Shown in pieces: positions 13,086 to 26,184 of a stretch of 64,000 nucleotides of DNA. Position 1 is the first letter of the stretch; each line of letters begins with the position of its first letter. The DNA is from Octopus sinensis (lineage: Eukaryota), in assembly GCF_006345805.1 (NCBI RefSeq), contig NC_043015.1, positions 28,210,001 to 28,274,000 on the forward strand. The letters run 5' to 3'. The notes beneath the pieces are model-generated. The model was not told where the DNA came from, searched no databases, and saw only the letters and a program-made list of their open reading frames with translations. The position numbers and the translations under genes were made by a program.

Positions 13086-13179
13086 AGAACTGAAAATTAA
13101 AATCTTTGCTTCCAACTTGTAATGATTTTTTTGACACCAACCTTCCTGTTGGTTCTATGATATAAATATCCAGTTTTGA

Positions 13180-13610
13180 CCCTTTAGCATTCAGATTATT
13201 CTGTCAAATGTAATGCTTATTTCTACACCTTGTCTTGAATTAATAATCACACATTATGTTGTAGCTTTGAGATTTTGACAATGTGATTGCTTCTCTTTAG
13301 AAGGTTGATGTAGGATAGGCGTGAGAGGCTGGATCTGGCTGGTTTGAATGTATAACAGGTAGAATATTTGAGCTTAGATATGGCCAGATTAATCCTTAAG
13401 CATTCAGATTACTCTGTCTAATGTAATGCTTGTTTATTCACATTGTTTTGAATTAATCATGGATTATCTTGTAACTTTGAGATTTCAACGATGTAATTGT
13501 TAATCTTTACAGTGACATTGTAGGGCAGGTGTGAGAATCCAGATCTGGTGGGTTTCAATATTAAACAGGTAGAATATTTGGACCAGTTTGAGTCAGTTCG
13601 AAATGCTAAC
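13180..13610 (+). mobile_element. Two tandem degenerate copies of the 220-bp TTAA MITE
   Basis: gcattcagatta.tctgtc.aatgtaatgctt occurs at about 13188 and 13400. Confidence 0.7.
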
Positions 13611-13959
13611 GGAATAAAGTGATCTAAATCAAAACCTTCCATTAAAATTTCATGTTAATTTGATTCCAGGCATCAGTGTAAAAATGGCAAACTTTTATAC
13701 TAAATTCTTCGTTATGTTTAAATTTCTTTGCAACAAAAAGCTACATGGAGGATGCTTATTAGCCTTTCAAAAAATTAAACCACAGGTGTGGTTGTGTGGT
13801 AAGAAGTCGGCTTCTCAACCACATGGTTCCAGGTTCACCCCCACTGCATGGCACCTTGGGCAAGTGTCTTCTTCTATAGCCTCGGGCTGATCAAAGCTCT
13901 GTGAGTGGATTTGGTAGACGGAAACTGAAAGAAGCCCGTCGTATATATATATATATATT

Positions 13960-14352
13960 TACTCTTTTGCTTGTTTCAGTCATTTGACTGTGGTCATGCT
14001 GGAGCACCACTTTGAGTCAAGCAAATCGACCCCAGGACTTATTCTTTGTAAGCCTAGTACTTATTTTATCGGCCTATTTTGCTGAACCGCTAAGTTACGG
14101 GGACATAAACACACCAGCATCAGTTGTCAAGTGGTGTTGGTGGGGACAACACAGACTCACAAACATATACACACATACATCTATATATACACAATGGGCT
14201 TCTTTCAGTTTCCTCCTACCAAATCCACTTACAAGGCTTTGGTCAGCCCAGAGCTACAGTAGAAGACACTTGCCTAAGGTACCACGCAGTGGGACTGAAC
14301 CCAGAACCATGTGATTGGGAAACCACCTTATTACCACACAGCCACTCCTGTG
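13960..14352 (-). mobile_element. SINE family A; a + strand head half lies at 13786-13958
   Basis: Matches family A. Confidence 0.8.
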
Positions 14353-14385
14353 CCTATATATATGTGTGTGTATGTGTGTGTGTGT

Positions 14386-14590
14386 GACCGCGTGTGTACC
14401 GTTGGCGATTTTTTTTCCTCTGTCTTCCCTTCTCTGGATCTTTCCTTCTCTTATGTTTCCGACGAAGAGCTCCACTCGAAACAAGCCCTCCTTCTTTCCT
14501 TCTTACCTGAGCGTCCAATAATACTATATTTGTTTCACGTCCTTGCGTTGTTGTGTTTTTTTGTGCTTTCATGTTTGGATTAACTATATA
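14386..14590 (+). mobile_element. Penelope-like terminal-repeat fragment with a degenerate hammerhead core
   Basis: Homologous to the reverse complement of 40170-40386; flanked by (TG)n and (TA)n; ccgacgaagagctccactcgaaac. Confidence 0.6.
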
Positions 14591-14650
14591 TATATGCTCC
14601 TTTTGTTTTTATCAATTTTATAATTTATGCTGTATGTTGTATATTTCCAG

Positions 14651-14738
14651 TTGAAAGAACAGACAGAATTTTTATCAAAAACTGTGATCCATATCGGGGT
14701 GGGGACACCCAATCGCATCAATGCTCTTCTAACAAATG
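14651..14738 (+). CDS. CMSS1: CMSS1 exon (LKEQTEFLSKTVIHIGVGTPNRINALLTN)
   Basis: tttccag acceptor, GTGAG donor, phase 0 to 1; GVGTPxRI motif. Confidence 0.93.
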
Positions 14739-14959
14739 GTGAGTTGTATTGTTTATTTTTGTTTTATTATAAAATGTTAAAAATGACACCAAGCTATGCT
14801 GTTATTTTATTCCTTTGTTTGACTGTGGCCATGCTTGGACGCAACCTTGAAGGGCTTTTTAGTCAGTCAAATTGTCCCCCAGTCCTTATTCTGTGGGTCT
14901 CCTTTTGCAGAACCACTAAATATTACAAACACACAAATTATACACATACAACATGCTTC

Positions 14960-15190
14960 TTATTTCTTTACTACCCACAAGGGGCTAAACATAGAGGGGA
15001 CAAACAAGGACAGATAAAGGCATAGAGTCAATTACATCGACCCCAGTGCGTAACTCGTACTTAATTTATCGACCCCGAAAGGATGAGAGTCAAAGTCAAC
15101 CTCAGCGGAATTTGAACTCAGAACGTAGCAGCAGACAAAATACCGCTAAGCATTTCACCCGGCATGCTAACGATTCTGCCAGCTCACTTC
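14960..15190 (-). mobile_element. SINE family B monomer
   Basis: Matches family B. Confidence 0.8.
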
Positions 15191-15598
15191 TGATAAGTTT
15201 CTTTCAACCAAATTATCTCACAAGGCATTGGTCAGCCTAGGGCTGTAGTAAAAGACACTTGTCCATGGTGCCACACTATGGAACCAAAACTGAAATTACA
15301 CAGATGTCAAGTAAACTTCTTAACCACATGGCTAAATTTTTATTATTACTGTTGTTGTTGATGTTGTTGAGGCAGTGGCAAGCTGGCAGATTATTAGCAG
15401 CCAGGCAAAACGCTTAACGACATTTCATCCATCTTTATGTTCCGAGTTCAAATTTTGCTGAGGAGTCTTTGCCTTTTATCCTTTTGGGGTCGATAATGCT
15501 GACTTACCCCTTCCCCTAAAATTGTTGGCCTTGTGTCAGAATTTGAAGCCATTATTATTGTTTTGGGGTTTTTTTAGGGGTGGGGGGTAATTTCTATG

Positions 15599-16022
15599 TT
15601 TTAAGACCAGATGCCGAGCCATTCTTCATCATCATCATCATCGTTTAACGTCCGTTTTCCGTGCTAGCATGGGTTGGACGGTTCAACGGGGGTCTGGGAA
15701 GCCAGGAGGCTGCACCAGGCTCCAGTTGGTTCATTTTTATTTTTTAAGACCAGATGCTGAGCCATTCTTCTTCATCATCATCATCGTTTAACGCCCGTTT
15801 TCCATGCTAGCATGGGTTAGACGGTTCGACCGGAGTCTGGGAAGTCCGGAGGCTGCACCAGGCTCCACTAGGGGGTTAATTTTTATTTTTTAAGACCAGA
15901 TGCTGAGCCATTCTTCTTCATCATCATCATCGTTTTACGTCCGTTTTCCATGCTAGCATGGGTTGGACGGTTCAACCGGGGTCTGGGAAGCCAGAAGGCT
16001 GCACCAGGCTCTAGTCTGATCT
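15599..16022. repeat. Tandem triplication (143-146 bp unit) of a flank plus SINE C 3' junction
   Basis: agaccagatg at 15604, 15747 and 15893. Confidence 0.9.
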
Positions 16023-16678
16023 TGTAAAATGAAAATAATGTTGAATCTACTTCATTGGTTCATGCAGTTCAATCTGCTGCTATTGGTATTGTTACTGGCC
16101 AAAGAGTCAGTGTTTCATACCTTACTTTGTACTACATGCTTATCTTTTGTTGGCTCAGTGTGTGGTACCTATCTACAGCTAGATGGACTGAGCTGCAGAA
16201 GAGTGAGAGATGATAATCTTCCATCAAATCTAGGTCTCAGTTGTACACATTTCTTAGGAGAAAAAAAAGACATGAATGCCGGAACTCTGCTCACTCCCAC
16301 TACTTCCATATCAATTGTACTAATTAGATGCAGCTAATTAGCAACTAGTTATTTGTATTGCAGTTATGTGGAGTAAAATATTGATTGCTCTGAAAATGTC
16401 AAAATACTAATTTTGGCATTTGATGTCCCCCAGCATTACTGTTATTTTATGAATCACTCTAGAGGTCAATGGCTTGTTGATGTACCTGGGTAGTAACATT
16501 GCTGAAGATGGGAACTCCAGACAGTGATGAGGAGAATAAACTCGACAAAGCTGCAGTTGAAGCCTGTATGGTCCCAGTTTCTCCAACTGAGGCACCAAAT
16601 TCCACATGCATGCATTTATTGTCATGCCGACTGTGATTTACACCTGTGAGATGGAAAGCACCAACAGAATCGTTAAAG

Positions 16679-17090
16679 GCGGCGAGATGGCAGAATTGTT
16701 AGCAGGCCGGGTGAAATGCTTAGCGGTATTTTGTCTATCGCTACGTTCTGAGTTCAAATTTCACCGAGGTCAACTTTGCCTTTCATCCTTTCGGGGTCGA
16801 TTAAATAAGTACCAGTTATGCACTGGGGTCGATATAATCGACTTAATCCGTTTATCTGTCCTTGTTTGTCCCCTCTGTGTGTAGCCCCTTGTGTGCAGTA
16901 AAGAAATAGGTATTTCGTCTGCCGTTACGTTCCGAGTTCAAATTCCGCCAAGGTCGACTTTGCCTTTCATCCTTTCGGGGTTGATTAAATAAGTACCAGT
17001 TATGCACTGGTGTCGATATAATCGTCTTAATCTGTTTATCTGTCCTTGTTTGTCCACTCTGTGTGTAGCCCCTGGGTAGTAAAGAAATAA
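16679..17090 (+). mobile_element. SINE family B dimer
   Basis: Units start at 16725 and 16909. Confidence 0.8.
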
Positions 17091-17158
17091 GAATCTTCAG
17101 TGGCACCTTCTTAATCTGGCTGGCTGAGTGTCTCTATTTGAAATGTAGTCATTTAGAG

Positions 17159-17337
17159 CAGTGCTTTTCAACCTTTTTGCTGGAGCGGAACACCAAGGAA
17201 ACATTCCACTGGCTCGGGGAACCCCTGCGCAATAATTTAATAGTCTTATGCACACATATCTGCACAGGAGAATTAAAAATTACTGCCGATTTTAGCAGTT
17301 TTGTAACTTCTTGCGGAACCCTGGTTGAAAACCACTG
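17159..17337. mobile_element. hAT (Charlie-like) MITE
   Basis: TIR CAGTG(C/G)TTTTCAACC; 8-bp TSD ATTTAGAG / ATTTAGAT. Confidence 0.85.
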
Positions 17338-17557
17338 ATTTAGATAAACAACAGGCTTTCTCTGTGTGGTCTGTACATGTACCAGATCTACTCACAGGGC
17401 TTTGGTTGGCCCAAGGCTATAGTAGAAGACACCCAAGGTGCTATGCAACAGGATTGAACCCAGAAACATGTGATTAGGAAGCAAACATCTCACTACACAG
17501 CCACACCTGAGCCAACGATGCCTAATAATTTTTCTTTTTCCCTTTTTTTACTTTCAG

Positions 17558-17730
17558 GTGCTTTGAAGTTAAAAACTGTCAATGCTGTAGTGATAGACTG
17601 GAATTGGAGAGATGTCAAGTCTCACCGACTTGTCGACATTCCCGAAGTCTTTTCCGATCTGATGGTATTATTCAAGACATTCTTGAGCCAGCATCTCCAA
17701 GAAAACCAATGCAAAATTGGTCTGATGTAG
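17558..17730 (+). CDS. CMSS1: CMSS1 last coding exon (ALKLK...VIDWNWRDVKSHRLVDIPEV...KIGLM*)
   Basis: ctttcag acceptor, phase 1; DWNWRD and DIPE motifs; TAG stop at 17728-17730. Confidence 0.95.
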
Positions 17731-17790
17731 CAGTAATCCAGATGGGGTTTTGGGGTGGGGCTTTTTCTTTTCTTTTTTTTTTTTTTTATA

Positions 17791-17796
17791 AATAAA
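17791..17796 (+). promoter_or_regulatory. Candidate polyadenylation signal of CMSS1
   Basis: AATAAA about 60 nt after the stop codon, following a U-rich tract. Confidence 0.4.
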
Positions 17797-18254
17797 ATAT
17801 TTTTTATAAATTATTCTGTTGTGCCTATAGTAGAAAAGATCCTTTTAACGTCCCTTTTCCATGCTTGCACGTGATCAGTCTGAATTTCTATGGCCAGATG
17901 CCCTTGTCGCCAACCTTCACCTGTTTCCTAGCAACGTAATACTTCCCCATGGGGTCGATTCATTCAACTAAGAAAACTCTCCAAGGCTGTGCCCCACAAA
18001 TAAAATCTTAGATTACACTTTTGTTGTAATACACTGTTGATTACAGTTTCAATTAATTTCGAAAATAATTAAGAATTTTGTCATTACTAAGCTGGAGTTT
18101 CAAACATTTATTAGCATGAAATTTTGGAGGTAGGCTTTAATTAATTTAGATCACTTAAAAGCAGGAAGTTTCTGTGATAGAATCTAGAGTGGTCTCAGGG
18201 TTAATCAATATCTATAAAGCTGAAATGCGAAAAAGTTGTTTGATTTCTTGGTTA

Positions 18255-18628
18255 TTTACTCTTTTACTTGTTTCAGTCATTTGACTGCGGCCATGCTGGA
18301 GCACCGCCTTTAATCGAGCAACTCGACCCCAGGGCTTATTCTTTGTAAGCCCAGTACTTATTCTATTGGTCTCTTTTGTCAAACCGCTAAGTAACGGGGA
18401 CATAAACACACCAGCATCGGTTGTCAAGCAATGCTAGGGGGACAAACACACACACGCATATATACGACGGGCTTCTTTCAGTTTCCGTCTACCAAATCCA
18501 CTCACAAGGCTTTGGTTGTCCCGAGGCTATAGTAGAAGACACTTGCCCAAGGTGCCACGCAGTGGGACTGAACCCAGAACCATGTGGTTTGTAGGCAAGC
18601 TACTTACCACACAGCCACTCCTGCGCCT
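18255..18628 (-). mobile_element. SINE family A, full length
   Basis: Matches family A. Confidence 0.85.
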
Positions 18629-18994
18629 ATTTGTCTCATTTCAGGATGGGAACAGTTTAAGGGGCAGTAGATGGGGTCAGATTGGCACCAAAATTTACAC
18701 TGGGGAGTAAAATGGGGTGAGCAATGGTGTGAGGAAGGTTGCGAGTCGCTCGGGGTTACTGTTTGGTTGCCATGGTGAGGAATATGGGAAAAGTTTTATG
18801 GGATAGACAGGTTGCGCTGTTTGAATAATGGTGGCTTTTCGTGTTGCTGCAGGGGCTAGAGGTGGTTATCTTTAATTATGGGTGTAAAAATTTGGGGGAT
18901 TCTGGAAAGGGGGGAAGACGAACAAAAGAAAGAGAAAAGGAGACAACATGCACAAAACAACACCACCAAAACCCAAGCGAAGCACGGGTCAAAA

Positions 18995-19268
18995 TAGCTA
19001 GCACCATCCGATTGTGGCCGTTGCCAGCCTCGTCTGGCCCCCGTGCTGGTGACACGTAAAAAGCACCATCCGATCGTGGCAGTTTGCAGGTGGCACGTAA
19101 AAAGCACCCACTACACTCTCGGAGTGGTTGTCGTTAGGAAGGGCATCCAGCCGTAGAAACACTGCCAGATCAGACTGGAGCCTGGCGCAGCCTTCTGGCT
19201 TCCCAGACCCCAGTTGAACCGTCCAACCCATGCTAGCATGGAAAACGGACATTAAACGATGATGATGA
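18995..19268 (+). mobile_element. SINE family C
   Basis: Matches family C. Confidence 0.8.
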
Positions 19269-19419
19269 TTAAGCCTTTGAACAAGTTAGCAGACACAATT
19301 TTGTTTGACTACATCCCTGGATGATGCCAATGTGGGCTGCCACATTGTTTTATGTTTACGACTAGAAACAATGTCTTTGCCAATTAGTAAACCTTAAACA
19401 TAAAACCAGTCACCGCCTG

Positions 19420-19909
19420 CTTCTTTCAGGGCTTCTAGGGGTATAGACAAATCTAAGTAGAGACTTCAAACTTGAAATCTTCAAAGCCACAGTCGAACCA
19501 ATTCTACTATATGGTTCAGAAACCTGGACGTTATCAAAGAAGCTTGAGAGGCGGTTGGATGGAACCTACACTCGCCTCCTTATGAGATCTCAAAATCTCT
19601 CGTGGAAGCATCATCTAACTAAAATGCAAATATATGGGAAACTACCACCTGTATCATCTCTTGTGAAAAGTAGAAGAGTCCAGTTTGCTGGACATTGATG
19701 TAGAGCTGAAAAAGAGGTAATTTCTACTCTTCTCCTCTGGAAGCTATCTACTCACAATACCAGAGGGCGCACACTCTCCTACCCTGATGTAATCTCCAGG
19801 GATACAGGCATCCAGCAACAGGACCTCCGTAATGCTATGATGGACCGTGAAGTCTGGCGTAGCATGGTAAATTCCATTGTCTCGACCACAGTCGAACAAT
19901 GATGATGAT
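19420..19909 (+). mobile_element. RTE-clade LINE 3' fragment with (TGA)n tail
   Basis: KIFKATVEPILLYGSETWTL...LDGTYTRLL...VQFAGH*...MMDREVWR. Confidence 0.85.
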
Positions 19910-20513
19910 AGACAAATGAAAATTACTCCTGGATTCAAAGGGTTAAAAGTAATCCTGTCATAATAATCCCATTGTTATTGTTATTATTAAGGTGGCAAGC
20001 TGTCAGAATCGTTACCATGCTGGACAAAATGCTTAGCATCATTTCTTGTCTTTAGGTTCTGAGCTCAAATTCTGCTGAGGTTGACTTTGTCTTTCATGAA
20101 GGTGATAATGAGTGACTAAGACCTTTGGCCAAGCCAAGTGAAATTGTAGTCATGACTGTTTCCAGTGTCACATGAATGGCACCTGTGAAATCATAGTCAT
20201 GGCCATTGCTTATGTCGTGCAAATGGCACATAAAAAAGCACCCACTACTCTCTCGGAGTGGTTGGCATTAGGAAGGGCATCAAGCTGCAGAAACCATACC
20301 AAATCAGACTGGAACTTGGTGCAGCCCTCTGGCTTACCTGGCACGCCAGGCAAAATGCTTAGCGGCATTTTGTCTGTCTTTACATTCTGAGTTCAAATTC
20401 TGCCGGGGTTGACTTTGCCTTTCATCCTTTTGGGATCAATAAAGTACCAGTTACATAATGTCTATGATATACAACTGGTAATTCCATCATGAAGAATAGC
20501 TTTCTCTCATTTA

Positions 20514-21026
20514 CCATAAAACCTTGAATATAGTCCGCGCTTGAGTATAATACGCTGGGGATTTCTAGGAGGCTGTACCTCTGAAAAACCTAAACCCTGT
20601 GTATAATACGCACCCCTTCTCTAACTTGAGTCAAGGAGGTCTATATAACGTCCTTGGTTTGTAAAACTGTATATGGTAACGTCCTTTATTATTATTGTAT
20701 ATATAGCATAATGCAAACGTGTAGCTTTTTTGTGCATTTTGTTTGCAGAAAATAAAGAAATAACAGTAATAACGTTTAATAAATGTTGCTTACTGCAAGT
20801 TATGGATGATTCTTTTATGACTTCATTGCTTTTAGGCTTAACTTAAGGTATTTTCGTGCCCGACATCACAAAATGCATCTGAATAAACATTGCCGGACAG
20901 CAAATAGAGACTCGGACATTGCTTAGAAAATAATTTTCATTTTTAACCTCGTATATAGTACGCACTAGGGATTTTGACCTTTAAATTTTTTGGGGAAAAT
21001 GCGGATTATACTCAAGGAATTTACGG
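20514..21026. mobile_element. Tc-mariner (Tc2/pogo-like) MITE
   Basis: TIRs CC(A/G)TAAA..CCTTGA(A/G)TATA(G/A)TCCGC; TA on both sides (20512-13, 21027-28). Confidence 0.7.
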
Positions 21027-21267
21027 TACTTCATATTGCTCAATTTAAAGCTATATTGACTATGAACCACTAATGGTCATGAAGCTGTATACCACAACTG
21101 TGATGAAACATTGGCTCTACGAATCTCTGCCTCTCAAATAGCTCAATACTGGCTCTATTGATCACTTCATTAAAAATTAAAAAATGCTATCAGTGTTGGA
21201 ATGAAAAGCAAACTATAAGTTCTTGAACAGTTGAAGTGATAAAGTAGTTGCATGTAAAGTGAACAGT

Positions 21268-21626
21268 TTGACTTGTGATCTCATTCTTGCTCACAACATC
21301 ATAAGCGGAAAGTGTAACCTCTCGAAAGAGCTGTTCTTCACTCCTGCTCCAGAGCGTCGGCTGCGGGGTCACTCTGAAAAGCTCTATCTGCGACGATTTC
21401 ATCTCAATCGTAGGAGAGGGGGCTTTCTCCATCCGGGTTGCGGATCCGTGGAATAAGCTGCCAGACGAGATGGTGAAGATGCCGACGACCGCTCGGTTCA
21501 AAGTCTCTCTTGACCAGAAATGGCCTGAACTCTTTACATGAACACCACCCTGTACATAACTCCATGTCCCCCTACATGGCCTTGCTTTTTGCTGTTTGAG
21601 CCAAAAAATTAACTAACTAACTAACT
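21268..21626 (+). mobile_element. CR1/L2-type LINE 3' fragment with (TAAC)n tail
   Basis: LRGHSEKL...FSIRVADPWNKLP...FKVSLD. Confidence 0.8.
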
Positions 21627-21829
21627 GAACAAAATACTTCATTTCACATAACCCAGTCCAGTCAGTTAACAAAAATGAGTAATATGGTGAAGCAAGCGTT
21701 GGATGGTGGCCCTGCCTAAAAAGCAAACAAAAGGAATTTCTGGACTGACAGGCCGCAGGTCCATCCTGGTGTCAGGTATTATTGTCTTTTATTTTACTGA
21801 TTGCACTGCATCGAGATGACCAGCGGAAC

Positions 21830-22950
21830 AATAACTGTTTACATGAGAATGGACGGCGAATTTTTCAGTAAACAAAGACAAAAAATGCTCGTTATGCAGA
21901 AACGTGTGAGAATGAACAGCAAAATATTTTCTGTATTGTTGATAGCATGTGAAAGATTTATAGCTATATCACACATGCAGCTATAGTGTTTATGTTATAA
22001 CAAGGAAATGGCTTTAATGTTATGATAAAGACTTGAGGAGAAGAGAGAACGGTCGAAGCTATGAAAATGTAGAGTGAATAGTGAAAGTTTGCCTTGATGT
22101 CAATGAACAGAAAACTATGTTAACTAGTATTATGTTGGTAGTGAACTAAAATGTAGAGTTAGTAGGGTGAACAGTGAAAGCTTGTGTTGATGTCAATGAA
22201 CAGAAAACTATGTTAACTAGTATTGGCAGTGAACTGAGCCAAAGCATCTATGATATCAGTGAATGGAAAATATTTTTAAGTGGTTGTGATAACAATGAAC
22301 AGAGATAGACTGCTGGTGAGGTCAATAAACAAAAAGAGAAGGCTGTTCATGGTTAAGTAGATGGAGCTGAGATGTTGATGGTATATTGGTGATCAGAAAA
22401 AGAAACATCTTTTGTATGACAATAGTGGATAGAGGTAAGATGTTAACGATCATAGAGAGGAATTAAAGTGTTGTAAATGAACAAGAAAAACATCGATGTG
22501 GTTTCAGTGAGGTGTTAATGAAATTAATGACAAAACAAACAGTGAACAGAACCATGTTAATATCAGTGAACAGGAGGAGGGAAAAATGACATTCATATAA
22601 CAATGAACATAGTTTAAATGTAAATGATATAAGACAAAGAAAAAAATGTTCATACAGATATGGTGAACAGAACCATGTTAATGTCAGTGAACAGGGAAAA
22701 AAATTATTTGTATGATAAAAAAAATGAACAAAACCAAGGATGATGATATCTGAACAGAACAGAATTGGGAACGGGGAGAGGAAAAAAAAAACAACATTCA
22801 TATATAACAATGGGCAGAGCTAAGGCGTTTGATGGTATCTTACAGCAATGGTGAACATAACCAGATGTTAATGATGTCAGTAAACAGAAGAGAACAATTG
22901 TTAATATGATAAAGATGAACAGAACCATGATAATACTGAACAGAAAAGGG
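21830..22950. repeat. Degenerate purine-rich minisatellite with a (A/G)TGAACAG core
   Basis: About 15 gaaca(g) cores; local duplications of about 91 and 120 bp. Confidence 0.7.
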
Positions 22951-23308
22951 GAAAAAAACAAAACTTAACACTTGCAGCAATGAGGTGTGATGCATTATAA
23001 TATCAATAAAGGCAAATAAGGAAGTCTAAAGGCAGAAAACAAGATGAATCTAATTGCTGTCTTATACAATGGTAGCAATACTAAAACATATAAGAAATTG
23101 TGTTTCTTTTGACTTTTTATTATTATTATTATTATCATCACTACTGGCATTTTTTCTTCTTTTTTTTAAAAAATATTTTTGTTTTTTGCATGAGTTGAAT
23201 GAATATCTTCTAGAAATTTCATATTACAAACTAATTAATGAAAAAATGAAGATATGAAGATGATGGTTATTTTAAGAGAACAGATTCAGAGAAATTAGAG
23301 GCCTTGCT

Positions 23309-23318
23309 GAGGATGTAT

Positions 23319-23359
<41 letters not shown>

Positions 23360-23368
23360 TATATACAC

Positions 23369-23413
<45 letters not shown>

Positions 23414-23416
23414 TAT

Positions 23417-23467
<51 letters not shown>

Positions 23468-23553
23468 CACATACATACACACATATACATACACACATAT
23501 ATACACACACACATATACCACACACACACACATATATACACACACATATATAT

Positions 23554-23586
<33 letters not shown>

Positions 23587-24129
23587 TATACACACCACAC
23601 ACACACATATAACACACACACACACACACACACCACACATATATATATATATATATATGTATATAAACATACATGTTTATATATATATATATATATATAT
23701 AAACATGTATGTTTATATACATACACACACACCTAAATATATATATATATATGAATACACATGTGTAAATATATGAGAGAGAGAGAGAGAGAGAGGGCGA
23801 TTTGGATGAGAGCAGTAGGGGAACATTGTCAAAACTCAAAGGACAAGCAAGGAGGACGAAAAAGGTTGAGTAAAGCATTTTTGAGTAGTAAAGAGAGAGA
23901 AAACTAAAATCAGAAGGAAAAAAAAAAGGAAATGGCCAACGAATGGAATTAATGCCTAGAAAAATAAAAACACGTTTGTTTTTCCGCTGTGGAGTATGTG
24001 TGAGTGAGCGAGTACAAGACTTGAATATCAAATTACTTGCAAGGTATAGAGAAGCGGAATGCATTAAGTGTAAATGTAATGTATGTACGAGTGTGTGATT
24101 TGAATATCAAATAACTGAAGGTACGTGAG

Positions 24130-24165
<36 letters not shown>

Positions 24166-24415
24166 TGTGTGTGTGTGTGTGTGTGAATGAGTATGAGTAA
24201 GTGAGAATGTGTGATTTGAATATCAAATACCTCAAGGTGTGTGTGTGTGAAAATGAGTGAGAGAGGATGTATTTATATATATATACACACATATATATAC
24301 ACACAACACACACACACACACATATATATATACACACACACCACACACATATACACACAACACACACACACACATATATATACACACCACACATACACAT
24401 ATATATACACACACA

Positions 24416-24449
<34 letters not shown>

Positions 24450-24630
24450 CACACACACGTACATATATATACACACACATACATATATATATACACACAC
24501 ATATATATATATACACACACACACCACATATACACACACACACACACACATACATACACACATATACATACACACATATATACACACACACATATACACA
24601 CACACAACATATATACACACACACATATAT

Positions 24631-24726
<96 letters not shown>

Positions 24727-25337
24727 GTATATAAACATACATGTTTATATATATATATATATATATATATAAACATGTATGTTTATATACATACACACAC
24801 ACACCTAAATATATATATATATATGAATACACATGTGTAAATATATGAGAGAGAGAGAGGGCGATTTGGATGAGAGCAGTAGGGGAACATTGTCAAAACT
24901 CAAAGGACAAGCAAGGAGGACGAAAAAGGTTGAGTAAAGCATTTTTGAGTAGTAAAGAGAGAGAAAACTAAAATCAGAAGGAAAAAAAAAAGGAAATGGC
25001 CAACGAATGGAATTAATGCCTAGAAAAATAAAAACACGTTTGTTTTTCCGCTGTGGAGTATGTGTGAGTGAGCGAGTACAAGACTTGAATATCAAATTAC
25101 TTGCAAGGTATAGAGAAGCGGAATGCATTAAGTGTAAATGTAATGTATGTACGAGTGTGTGATTTGAATATCAAATAACTGAAGGTACGTGAGTTTAAGA
25201 GAGAGAGAACGTGTGTGTGTGTGTGTGTGAATGAGTATGAGTAAGTGAGAATGTGTGATTTGAATATCAAATACCTCAAGGTGTGTGTGTGTGTGAAAAT
25301 GAGTGAGAGAGGATGTATTTATATATATATACACACA

Positions 25338-25381
<44 letters not shown>

Positions 25382-25610
25382 CACACACACACACACATAT
25401 ATACACACACACACACACATATATATACACACACACACATACACATATATATACACACACATATATATATATACACACACACATACATATATATACACAC
25501 ACACGTACATATATATATACACACACATACATATATATATACACACACATATATATATATACACACACACACACATATATATACACACACACACATATAT
25601 ATATATAAAC
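23309..25610. repeat. ~1-kb tandem duplication (about 2.3 units) with internal (CA/TA)n
   Basis: gaggatgtattt at about 23309, 24263 and 25309; complex parts appear identical. Confidence 0.9.
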
Positions 25611-25707
25611 ATGTGTGTGTTGGTTTGAATATCAAATGACTGGGGTAAGAGAAACTGAATTTGTGTATGCTTGTGGTTTGAATATCAGGTAACTAGGTAC
25701 GCAAACA

Positions 25708-25752
<45 letters not shown>

Positions 25753-25914
25753 GAATGCACATTTTGAATGTCAACTGCTAAAAACATGTAAGCTGAATGT
25801 CAAATAACTGCTAAGGTAAGGAAACTGAATATAGGACGTGTGTGTGTGTGAGATTCGAAAGTCAATTTGACTATTGAAGTGCTGATAACCCAAATAGTAA
25901 AAAAAAATGGTAAC

Positions 25915-25947
<33 letters not shown>

Positions 25948-26184
25948 GAAGCTGAATTTAGTTCATGTGGGTATTCGATGTGTAACATGGAATATCAAAT
26001 GGTTGCGAAGATCTTAAAAGATGGCAGCAGCTGGGAGCCGAGAATCTGACACTGCGGTGAAGTGATGTCCAAAATGCAATTAAACTGACATGCTCATTAC
26101 GCATACAAACATATGCACACACACACACACACACACACAGAGTTTATATTACACAGTAATACACTGTCCGGTGTAATGGTACTC

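Noticed and set aside
21930-21986. GPCR TM3 DRY-like motif (LLIACERFIAISH)
   Set aside because: No preceding TM1-2 or following TM4-7 in any frame, and a stop follows within 4 codons.
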